From an uncultured Verrucomicrobiae bacterium (GTDB lineage: Bacteria > Verrucomicrobiota > Verrucomicrobiia > Limisphaerales > Palsa-1400), in contig CAVPOM010000006.1 of the NCBI GenBank assembly GCA_963707025.1, positions 608,001-672,000 of the forward strand: a stretch of DNA of 64,000 nucleotides. Reading direction: 5' to 3'. Position numbers and translations under genes: made by a program. The notes below the pieces were generated by a model. That model worked only from the letters and a program-made list of their open reading frames with translations, was not told the origin of the DNA and searched no databases. Positions 39,081 to 47,811 of this stretch are shown piece by piece. Each line of letters opens with the position of its first letter. The stretch's first letter is position 1.

Positions 39081-39650
39081 ATGAACAGCCCAGAAGAACA
39101 AGCGGCCCAAGCCATTGCCCTGATCAACATAGTCCTGCATCGAGAGCCATTCGGTCTGTCCGCTCAACTCATTGCCACCCGGGATGAGATTGAGGTCGAA
39201 CCTGCAACCAAATCCCCCTGCGAAGCTTGCGATGGCGTGGGGTGGCGGCAATTCAATGTCGGCAACGATCAATCGCCCAAATATGAAATCCAGCGCTGCG
39301 ATGCCTGTGAACGATACCACAACGACCAGGCCGCCCAGGAAGCCGCTGCGAGGGAGGCTGAATCCTCCACAACCACTCAAAGAAAGGAAACACCAACGAT
39401 GCAAATGGCGCGAGCCATTGATGAGACCATCCACGGCAACCCCGGAGAGCGACGTATCCTGCCCGCCAACACCCTGGTCGTCATTGTTCCGGCCACCAAT
39501 CTCCCGCCCGACAGCCCGGTCAAGTATTGGGCCAGTCCTGTCCGGGGTCATCCCTGGCCAGCCGGGACAGAGGCATGGGCGCGGGGGCGGGCGCGGTTGG
39601 CCACGTCAACGCAGGAGGCGGCAGGGGGTCTCAGGAGAATCGCCGCGTGA
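39081..39650 (+). CDS. Hypothetical mobile-element-like protein with Zn-finger (CEAC...CDAC)
   Basis: AAGGA RBS before ATG; two CxxC pairs; a second RBS plus in-frame ATG at 39399; hairpin-T terminator follows (~39660-39691). Confidence 0.5.
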   Translation: MNSPEEQAAQAIALINIVLHREPFGLSAQLIATRDEIEVEPATKSPCEACDGVGWRQFNVGNDQSPKYEIQRCDACERYHNDQAAQEAAAREAESSTTTQRKETPTMQMARAIDETIHGNPGERRILPANTLVVIVPATNLPPDSPVKYWASPVRGHPWPAGTEAWARGRARLATSTQEAAGGLRRIAA

Positions 39651-39713
39651 TGATGCGGGAAAGGAGTTCGCCTCGGGCGGCTCTTTTCTTTAGCTATCGG
39701 ATGCTGCTGAGGC

Positions 39714-39741
39714 AAGGATTCGATTCCATTCACCCGCTCCA
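39714..39741 (+). mobile_element. Degenerate tRNA-Gly 3'-end fragment (att-site scar)
   Basis: AAGGATTCGATTCCATTCACCCGCTCCA matches a typical tRNA-Gly 3' end as I recall it (GAGGGTTCGATTCCCTTCACCCGCTCCA) at 25/28; no 5' half of a tRNA upstream. Confidence 0.6.
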
Positions 39742-39849
39742 TTATTCTGGCTGAACGACTTGCGTTAATGGCGGTCTTGGACCCAACTTCGCCTTCAAAC
39801 TTTTGCGGCACTCATTGATTCCAGAAAGAGAACTCATTAACATCGCCGC

Positions 39850-40437
<588 letters not shown>

Positions 40438-40637
40438 CGCGGAGGCATCGCGTCGCGATTCGGGTGACGCCGGCAAATCCGATTCGCCACCCATCCTCAA
40501 CGCGTATGCGGCAGCGCTTTAAGCCAGGCGAACCGGCCGGTGGAGATAACGCAGGCTGGCGCGCTGTTCTGACATCTTATTGCGCTGCAGGGCTCCTGCC
40601 GACGGATCGATTCAAATAATTTCCGCCTCCCGAACAT

Positions 40638-42782
40638 CTACTTTCGCAAGTAGTCCTTCATTGTTTCCAGCGCCAGATCGCGTTGCGCTTCGGGAGGAAA
40701 TGGATTGTATCGGGGTGGTGGAGTGCCGCCATAAGCGGAAAGCAACACGGCCAGCCAGTCGCACGAGCGCAGTTGCGCTTTCGTCCCGTTGGCAGGCTGT
40801 TTCCCCTCTGGCAGTTCATAGTTCATGCTGCCCATGCCGTTGCTGATGGTGTACTGCAGGCCGCCTTCCCACAAGACAGAGCCGCAAATCTCTTTGCGAT
40901 CCAGCTCGCGCGCCAGGTAGCGACGAATCGCCGGCACTCGGGCAAACTCACCCGACGCGAGATTATCCTTCCAATGGGACCACGACAAACCGCTCCACTT
41001 GGAGTTGAGGTTGTCAAACATTTTCTCTGCCATGGACCGTAGCACCGAGTTGGTCGGATATTCTTTCAACGGTTGCAACGGCTCCCAAAATCCCAATTGC
41101 TCCGGCGCGAGAGTGGGCAACCACCCGGCGTAATCGTCAAACGCGCCGGGGTCGCCCGCCCAAGCCCGCGCGATCGCCAGCTTTGTGAGAAAGCTTCCGA
41201 GGTTCTGGCGGGGATCTGCCATGGCGGAGCGACAGCGCTGCGAGAGCGTCTTTACCGCGGCTCCGGCGGACGGCGCGTCCCAAGCCGCCAGGTGCAATCC
41301 CACTTGGCAGGCCGCGGACAGATCGTAAGGATCTGAAGCATCCGTCTGTACTTCCAAGGCGCGTCTTGCCATCAATTCGCTGACGGAAGGATTCGATTTG
41401 CTCCGCAAAATTTCTCCCGGCATTTGGGCCGGCTTGCTTAACGTCGCTGTCCATTTGCTGCCAGGAACTTGCGGAAACGTTATCGGGTGGCTTAACTCGA
41501 TCATATTGCCGGCGGCTTCCAGCCAGCGACCGCGGGCGGTGTTGTCGTTGAGAATCGCATACCAACGATCCGCCAGTTTCACGTTCCGGTAAGTCTTCCA
41601 GTAGGCGCGGATTTCAGAGACATTTCCCCCGAAGCCGGCATGTAAAATCGCTTGAATGGCAGTGCCCGCCACCGTGCTTACCGGAACGACGGAATGCCCG
41701 GGGAATACCTCGTGCGAGACGTAATTCGCGACGCGGGTCAGCCGCTTGTCTTTCTCCAGGCAATCCAGCAGCGGATCAATCGCCGCGTCTCCCTCCTGCA
41801 TGAGGGCCGCGACCGTGGCATCAAGAGTCAAGTTGGTTCCACCCGAACTCTCCAACGGGAGCGGTGGAATCAATTCCAAATCCCGAATCAAGGCGGCGAT
41901 GCGTTCCGCTGGGTTCGTGAATTGGTCCAATCCAATCTGCCGGGCGCTCACGAAAGGCCTTTCCTTCTCGCGGCGTTCCAGATCGGCCAGTAACTGCGGT
42001 AGTTGTTCCAGAAAGTCAAAGCAGGGTTTTTGCGCTTGCTCCGGATCAAGGTTCCGCGGACGGGCGATGCCCCGTTTGGCGCATTCTGCCTCCAACTTGG
42101 GCTGCAGCGCAGCCAGTTGGCGCGCAGTGGCCAGCGCGAGTTCTTGATCCCCTCTCACGTGGGCGCAAATCGCGCGGCCAAACAAGCCCCACGCCCACGA
42201 TCCGGCCCATTGTGCGTACGGGTCAAAACCTCCCGGCCTTTGCCCTCGGTCGCGACCGCTCATCTGTTCAAAGGCGTGCAATTCTTCCGAGCCAGCCGCG
42301 ATTTCGCCCGCGCGCAACAAGAGCAACCCGCGGGTGTAAGTGGCATCCTTGAAGATAACAGCTTGTGGTTCCAGTGTGCCCCAGGTCGGCCAGCCGGCCG
42401 TGCCGACATCGTTGGCTTCAGTATGCAAGTCTGCCGGAGCGCCCAGTGTCACCACCGGATAAATCAGCCCGTTCCAGCAAATGGCAAACCGGTTGGTCTC
42501 ATTGGATTTGGCCGGCAAGACCCAGCCGCGAGTTTTTACCGGCCAAACGTTGGTGGCAAAGACCATGCTGCATTCCACTTCAATCTCCCGATACTCGCAT
42601 CCGCGCGGATCGGGAAAGCCCTGCTCGAACATGGTATTCGCGGCGGAATGGATGTTGGCGGCAATCGGAGAATCCGGGTGCCACGCCTGGTGTTGCTGGG
42701 GCGGTTCCGGCAATTGCGATTTTCCCTGGCAGGCCAGAACAGTGAAGAGCCAGGAGAAGACAGCGGCAAGCAACGGCTTCAT
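40638..42782 (-). CDS. Secreted hypothetical protein, 714 aa
   Basis: Long ORF with a signal or lipoprotein-like leader (TVLAC); mostly helical-looking; no family recognised. Confidence 0.7.
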   Translation of the reverse strand: MKPLLAAVFSWLFTVLACQGKSQLPEPPQQHQAWHPDSPIAANIHSAANTMFEQGFPDPRGCEYREIEVECSMVFATNVWPVKTRGWVLPAKSNETNRFAICWNGLIYPVVTLGAPADLHTEANDVGTAGWPTWGTLEPQAVIFKDATYTRGLLLLRAGEIAAGSEELHAFEQMSGRDRGQRPGGFDPYAQWAGSWAWGLFGRAICAHVRGDQELALATARQLAALQPKLEAECAKRGIARPRNLDPEQAQKPCFDFLEQLPQLLADLERREKERPFVSARQIGLDQFTNPAERIAALIRDLELIPPLPLESSGGTNLTLDATVAALMQEGDAAIDPLLDCLEKDKRLTRVANYVSHEVFPGHSVVPVSTVAGTAIQAILHAGFGGNVSEIRAYWKTYRNVKLADRWYAILNDNTARGRWLEAAGNMIELSHPITFPQVPGSKWTATLSKPAQMPGEILRSKSNPSVSELMARRALEVQTDASDPYDLSAACQVGLHLAAWDAPSAGAAVKTLSQRCRSAMADPRQNLGSFLTKLAIARAWAGDPGAFDDYAGWLPTLAPEQLGFWEPLQPLKEYPTNSVLRSMAEKMFDNLNSKWSGLSWSHWKDNLASGEFARVPAIRRYLARELDRKEICGSVLWEGGLQYTISNGMGSMNYELPEGKQPANGTKAQLRSCDWLAVLLSAYGGTPPPRYNPFPPEAQRDLALETMKDYLRK

Positions 42783-42794
42783 AGCTGATACCTT

Positions 42795-43064
42795 CTATTG
42801 GGGGGCACGTTGGGACGAGAGCGGCGTTTTCCCCAGCAGGTCATCCACCTCTTTGCCCATTGGAATCTTGATCCCGGGGATCTGGAAGAAAGGCAGAAAA
42901 GGCAGCGCGAGGCCAAAACAAAAAATGCCGCGCCAGAGAATCAACCGCCAGCGGGCATGGTGGCGACGCAACAATCCATGCGCCACCCAGCCCAGCGCGA
43001 CCAGGCCAGTCCATTTGAACAGGATGACTGTAACCGGCGAGGCGAACCAGAAAGGCAGATTCAT
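42795..43064 (-). pseudogene. Truncated BlaR1/M56 peptidase N-terminus
   Basis: Overlaps the blaI stop; KWTGLVALGW...LLRRHHARWRLILWR...LALP resembles the M56 first helices, then ends without HExxH. Confidence 0.65.
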
Positions 43065-43486
43065 TTGGATTTCCTTTTTGCTTTTTGTGATGACAACCCG
43101 TGGGCGGCTTGGCGGATGAGTTTGAGATCGGCCGGTTTGATGTCAGAAGTCTCCAACAATTGCACGACCAATTCCTGAGGCGAGCCGCCCGCAAAGATCC
43201 GCGCCAGCGTCTGCGTCATGGTCTGAAGCATGGTGGCTTTGGGAACGCAGGCCGCATAATAAAACGCCTTCCCCTGCAACTGGCGGGTGATGAGTTTCTT
43301 CCCGACCAGATTGGCCAGGACGGAGCGCAACGTGGCGTTTTCAATCGGCCACACGAATCGGGCTTGAATCTCGGCGGGTTTCGATTCGCCCCTCTCCCAG
43401 AGAATGCGCAGGGTTTCCAGTTCGTTTTGATTCAATGAATTCATCGGCATGTGTGAAAACATCGCATATCGGAAACAGTAAGTCAA
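43061..43486 (-). CDS. BlaI/MecI/CopY-family repressor
   Basis: LNQNELETLRILW, TLRSVLANLVGKKLI, GKAFYY, IFAGGS. True start probably MPMNS (~43450). Confidence 0.88.
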   Translation of the reverse strand: MTYCFRYAMFSHMPMNSLNQNELETLRILWERGESKPAEIQARFVWPIENATLRSVLANLVGKKLITRQLQGKAFYYAACVPKATMLQTMTQTLARIFAGGSPQELVVQLLETSDIKPADLKLIRQAAHGLSSQKAKRKSK

Positions 43487-43807
43487 CGGGAAAATGTGAA
43501 ATATTCACACTTCCGCTGCCCAACTCGAAATCGCGATGCGACGACCATTCAAACCGTTCTGCAAAAATGTGAACTAAAAGCAGGGTTGGATCCGAGCTTT
43601 GCAGGCTGTTGGCAGCAATCACTTCACATTTTTAAACGCTTCACATTAGACGATGTGGAGATCAACATAATTCGTGTCGTGGTGCGAGCAAAAGAGGAAA
43701 GCCCCGTGCGAACAAAAGCGGAATAATGATGCGTCACGCTTGTTCTTGGTTGCCTGGCGCACAAGAGGCCAGCGACCCTGCCCGTGCTTGAGCGGATGCT
43801 GATTTGT

Positions 43808-43981
43808 TCAAGCTGCTTGAGCGATTACTTTCTCCTTCGCGTTGGCCTTGGCCCAGGCCGCTGGCGTGACCTCTTTGATCTGGGTGATCTTGGCCGCCGG
43901 CAAGCGTGAGAACAAATCTTTCAAATAATCGAACGGATTTATTACGTGCCGACGGCAACTGCCCAGCAGGCTGCAGGTGAC
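43808..43981 (-). mobile_element. IS66 transposase (TnpC) C-terminal remnant
   Basis: Manual translation gives CSLLGSCRRHVINPFDYLKDLFSRLPAAKITQIKEVTPAAWAK...*, the typical IS66 C-terminal element. Confidence 0.75.
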
Positions 43982-43999
43982 GGTACCGCCCCGCGCCTT

Positions 44000-44770
44000 T
44001 CAAGGATTGGCCAGGCGGAAGAACAGGCTGCCCGCCGACGGGGTGATGTTGATGCATTTGGCGCCATTGGCATTGGTGGTGACAGAAAAACCGTTCGTTG
44101 TCCAAGCCGCTGACGCAGCCAGCGTGCTGCTCTGTTGCAAAATACAACCGCTTGTGCTTGGCCATGAGATCATGACGCTATTGCCAACCTTGGAGATGCT
44201 CAGCTTGGGCGCGGCGGCCACAACCTGGACGTAAAAGGATTCCTGCTGGGACCACATGGCGGAAGCCGAGTCGTAGCCCGCCATTTGAGTGTGGACCATG
44301 TAAAAGTCACCTGGGGTATTAGTCTTGACCACCAAGTTGAAGGTCCAGACATCCGGACAGGTGGTCGTGCATCCCGCCATGAAGAAGTTCGTGGCGGTGC
44401 CGGGGAAGTAGCTGGTCCAAGTCGGGTCCGCGCTGTAGGCCATGTGATTGCTGCTGTTATTCACCCCGGCGGCGTCGAGGCTGTTGATGTTCAGCCCGTA
44501 ATAGCCCCCATGGCCGTTGGTCACCATCCACTGAATCACCGCCGTTTGGCCTGGGTTGACCTGAAAGACTCTGAGCAGTCCATTCCCAAGATTGGTGGTG
44601 GTCTGGTAGTTGGTCATGGCCATGCCGGTTTGGGGCGTGGTGTGGCAGCCCGCGCAGTTGATGTAAAAGGCGCCGGTGGCACGGCCGCACCAAGCAAACA
44701 TCGCCAAAAGCGCCACGGTGACTGCGGCGGCGTCTCGGACGGGCTCGACGCTGGGGTGTTTATTCGTCAT
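44000..44770 (-). CDS. Secreted protein with N-terminal CxxCH and verrucomicrobial C-terminal domain
   Basis: Signal peptide, CAGCH, beta-rich middle, LSI...ISWP...LQQSSTL...W...LFFRL end. Confidence 0.75.
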   Translation of the reverse strand: MTNKHPSVEPVRDAAAVTVALLAMFAWCGRATGAFYINCAGCHTTPQTGMAMTNYQTTTNLGNGLLRVFQVNPGQTAVIQWMVTNGHGGYYGLNINSLDAAGVNNSSNHMAYSADPTWTSYFPGTATNFFMAGCTTTCPDVWTFNLVVKTNTPGDFYMVHTQMAGYDSASAMWSQQESFYVQVVAAAPKLSISKVGNSVMISWPSTSGCILQQSSTLAASAAWTTNGFSVTTNANGAKCINITPSAGSLFFRLANP

Positions 44771-44901
44771 AATAATCGATCGCGCGTCGGCTCATTATCG
44801 GTCATTTGCACGCTCCCCTTGAGCCTCCTGCCTGGGATTATCCTCATGATTTTAGTTCCGCGGCTGCGCTTGGATCTTTGGTCTTTGATCAGACCGGAAA
44901 C

Positions 44902-45096
44902 TTAGCTCATGTGCGCGGTTTCCCGCCGATACCGTTCATCAATTCCCTCTGCAAGGCCGCGAGACCGGAGTTCCCGACGCAAGGCATCACGGACATCTTT
45001 CAGCGTCTCGTTTTCGCAAAAACCCTGGATCATGATTGCCGCCGGGGACGCGGTGACTCCTTCAAACTCAACTCGAATTGGAGCGGCTTTCCGCAA
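44902..45096 (-). pseudogene. Fragment of a 2H-phosphoesterase (2'-5' RNA ligase-like) gene
   Basis: PIRVEFEGVTASPAAIMIQGF...IDERY..TAHMS carries one HxS/T motif; truncated at both ends. Confidence 0.5.
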
Positions 45097-45434
45097 TGCC
45101 GACTACACCGCCGCAAAGCCGCCCCAATTGCCGGCACCGATTCCGCCACCGCCGCCGTCACCGGCCAATCCGCCAGCACCCGGCCAGCACCGCTGGGCCA
45201 CCATGCCACGTTTCGCCTCCAGGCCGTGCGGCGCATCGGTCCAGACGCTCAAAAGCATTCGTTGACTACTTCTCGCAATCGTTAAAGCGCCCCCAGCACT
45301 TCCTCGCATTGCTCCGCAACTCGCCCCCTACAACCCCCCAACCATCCGGCCCCGGAACGCATCCATCTTTGGCACCATACGGCGTTGCTGAATGATTACT
45401 CGACAAGGCATGCCCGCCAGCTAAGTTCAAGCCC

Positions 45435-45746
45435 GTGTTACCCCAATACATCATTACGCTCGGCGCCCGCACCAAGTTCAGGAAAATTGCCGGGAAGACC
45501 GGCAGGTTTGAAGAAGAGGACTACAGGACCATCGAAACTATCGTGCGGAAGGAGCGGGGATTTCCTGGATGCACGATTATCCGGGCGCAGGGCTTTTACA
45601 AGGGCCAGAAGGAGGACACTGTCCAAATAATTATTCTGACGGCGGATTACGGCAAAATTGTGGCCTGTGCCCAGCAACTGCGGCGCACCTTCCGGCAGCA
45701 GCAGGTTCTCCTGGTGCTCGCGGGCGTTGGGGAAATAATCGAGTGA
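45435..45746 (+). CDS. Small PII-like-fold protein resembling DUF3574 and phage SAM lyases
   Basis: FPGCTIIRAQGFYKGQKEDTVQIIIL...AQQLRRTFRQQQVLL pattern; GTG start. Confidence 0.5.
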   Translation: MLPQYIITLGARTKFRKIAGKTGRFEEEDYRTIETIVRKERGFPGCTIIRAQGFYKGQKEDTVQIIILTADYGKIVACAQQLRRTFRQQQVLLVLAGVGEIIE

Positions 45747-46471
45747 TCCACGACTGAACAACCGGGCTTTTGCAGACCTTATGTGACCTGGGAACGGCCC
45801 CCCAGCCGCAACGGCGTAACTCATCAGGAGCCACACGCGGCATTTTGTTTTCGGTGGGCTTTGGTGGCCAGAACCACCAAAGAGCCGTTCGACTTCTGGC
45901 ACAGTCCTGCCGTAATTTCCCCCAATAATCCGCTGCGGGACACCCTATTTTTTGCAAAAGGTCCGCCGATCAAAGAACCGAGGCTGAACCCCCATGAATC
46001 CACGCTCGCGCCGGGGCCAGATCAGGCGGCGCTCATGGCGCCTGCAGCCGCCGAGCATTTTTCCCCCGAGGTTGCACCAAGCGAATCCTTCGTGTAAACA
46101 AAGCCCGTGAGTCGTGTTCAGATAATGAAGTCGGGGGCCAGACCGGCGCTGACCTGGCTGCGCTGGACTGGGCCATCGAGCATGGAATCCCGCACGGTGG
46201 CTGGTGTCCAAGGGGGCGCAGGGCAGAGGACGGGCCGATTGACGCCCAGTATCAATTGAGGGAGACGCCCAGCCGCACATCTTCGAGATCGAGGACACCG
46301 GGGAAACGCTGCGAATCGTCAAAGAATTTACTGGGGCCGAAGCGGGAACCGCTCCATGATCGTGAATGAATGCAAACCGGAACAAAACCCATCCAACGCG
46401 GCTCCAATGAAGGACCGGTGCGGTCAACAGGAAATAAAACCACTCATTACACACGTATCCCAATCAATCCC

Positions 46472-47569
46472 ATGAAAGAACTGATAAAACTGTTCGCTGT
46501 GATGTCCGCCGCCATCGGGGTCTCTTCGCCGGCCGCCGATAAAACCCTGATAGATTATTTTCTTCCCACACCAGTTCGTGGTTCATTGACAACGAACGCG
46601 TGGGGCGCCGCCAATGTGCTTCCGCGCGATCCGCAGAACGGCCTCGAAGACCAAACCCTGAAACAGTGGTATTATTGGGATGGCCAAATCATCAATGGGC
46701 CTGATGGCAAATACCACATGTTCGCCAGTCGCTGGAACCGGGCCCTGGGCCATAACGGTTGGGGCACCTCCCTGGCCGTGCATGCCGTCGCGGACGACCC
46801 GGTCGGGCCGTACATTGACAAGGGCGTCTGCTGGCCTGACAGCCTGGGTGGCAGAGGTCACAATGTGACGGCGCTGGTTCTGCCCAATAATGAGGGATAC
46901 GCCGTCATCGTCAGCGAAACCCGGCCGGGCGCCGTGTTTGTTTCCAAGTCGCTGGACGGGCCATGGACCATGAAGGGCCTTCTTACGGTGGAAGGTCAGA
47001 CGAATTGGCGCGCCTCCAACGCAAGCATCCTGATTCGGCCTGATGGCGATTATATGATTGTCCCGCGCAATGGCCGGATCATGATCAGCAAAGCATCCGA
47101 CGGCATCTGCGGACCGTACAAGATAATGGGGCCGTCCTACCCACGGGGCATTCCCAATCTCGAAGACCCCGTCGTCTGGTACAGTGGCAATCTTTATCAC
47201 ATCGTGGTCAATTCCTGGAGCACCCGGACGGCCTACCACCTCACCTCCAAGGACGGCCTGACCCGCTGGGTCAACCGCGGGGTGGCCTACGACCCAAGAA
47301 AAGACTTTGTCCGCTACACCGACGGCACCGTCAATCATTGGAATAAGATGGAACGCCCCGGAGTGCTGCTGGAAAACGGCCATGTCAAGTACTTCACCCT
47401 GGCGGCCATAGATGTCGAAAAGAATGAGGACCGGGGAAACGACAACCACGGCAGCAAGGTTGTCGTGATTCCGTTCGACGGTGAGGCGTTTGATCGCGAC
47501 ATGGCAAAAATCATCGCCGCTGAAGACGCCGCCACGCAGGAGGCCGCGCCCGGCAGCCCAAATAAATGA
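46472..47569 (+). CDS. GH43-like five-bladed beta-propeller glycoside hydrolase
   Basis: YWDGQII...DGKYHMFASRW, AVADDPVGPY, LEDPVVW, MERPGV; signal peptide from MKELIK. Confidence 0.78.
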   Translation: MKELIKLFAVMSAAIGVSSPAADKTLIDYFLPTPVRGSLTTNAWGAANVLPRDPQNGLEDQTLKQWYYWDGQIINGPDGKYHMFASRWNRALGHNGWGTSLAVHAVADDPVGPYIDKGVCWPDSLGGRGHNVTALVLPNNEGYAVIVSETRPGAVFVSKSLDGPWTMKGLLTVEGQTNWRASNASILIRPDGDYMIVPRNGRIMISKASDGICGPYKIMGPSYPRGIPNLEDPVVWYSGNLYHIVVNSWSTRTAYHLTSKDGLTRWVNRGVAYDPRKDFVRYTDGTVNHWNKMERPGVLLENGHVKYFTLAAIDVEKNEDRGNDNHGSKVVVIPFDGEAFDRDMAKIIAAEDAATQEAAPGSPNK

Positions 47570-47589
47570 TCCCCACCCAAAGTGCGGGG

Positions 47590-47754
47590 TCATTTATTTT
47601 TGTCTTCGGCCAGCATATTCAAGAGCTTGCCGCATTTGCAGCAGGAGAAGCCATCGGGCTGGATCATGTCCAGGACGCCTTCTTCCGGGGTGGGGACGTT
47701 GTAGTGGTTGCAGCCGATGCATTTGGTGTCCACTTCGCCCAGGTGTTTGTTCAT
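47590..47754 (-). CDS. 54-aa zinc-ribbon-like microprotein (below the ORF-track cutoff)
   Basis: MNKHLGEVDTKCIGCNHYNVPTPEEGVLDMIQPDGFSCCKCGKLLNMLAEDKNK*; two CxxC knuckles and GC-rich third codon positions. Confidence 0.6.
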   Translation of the reverse strand: MNKHLGEVDTKCIGCNHYNVPTPEEGVLDMIQPDGFSCCKCGKLLNMLAEDKNK

Positions 47755-47811
47755 GATTGGATGGCAGCCTTGCAGAGCGGGGCAGGATGTGCCACTGTCC
47801 GCTCAAATGTT

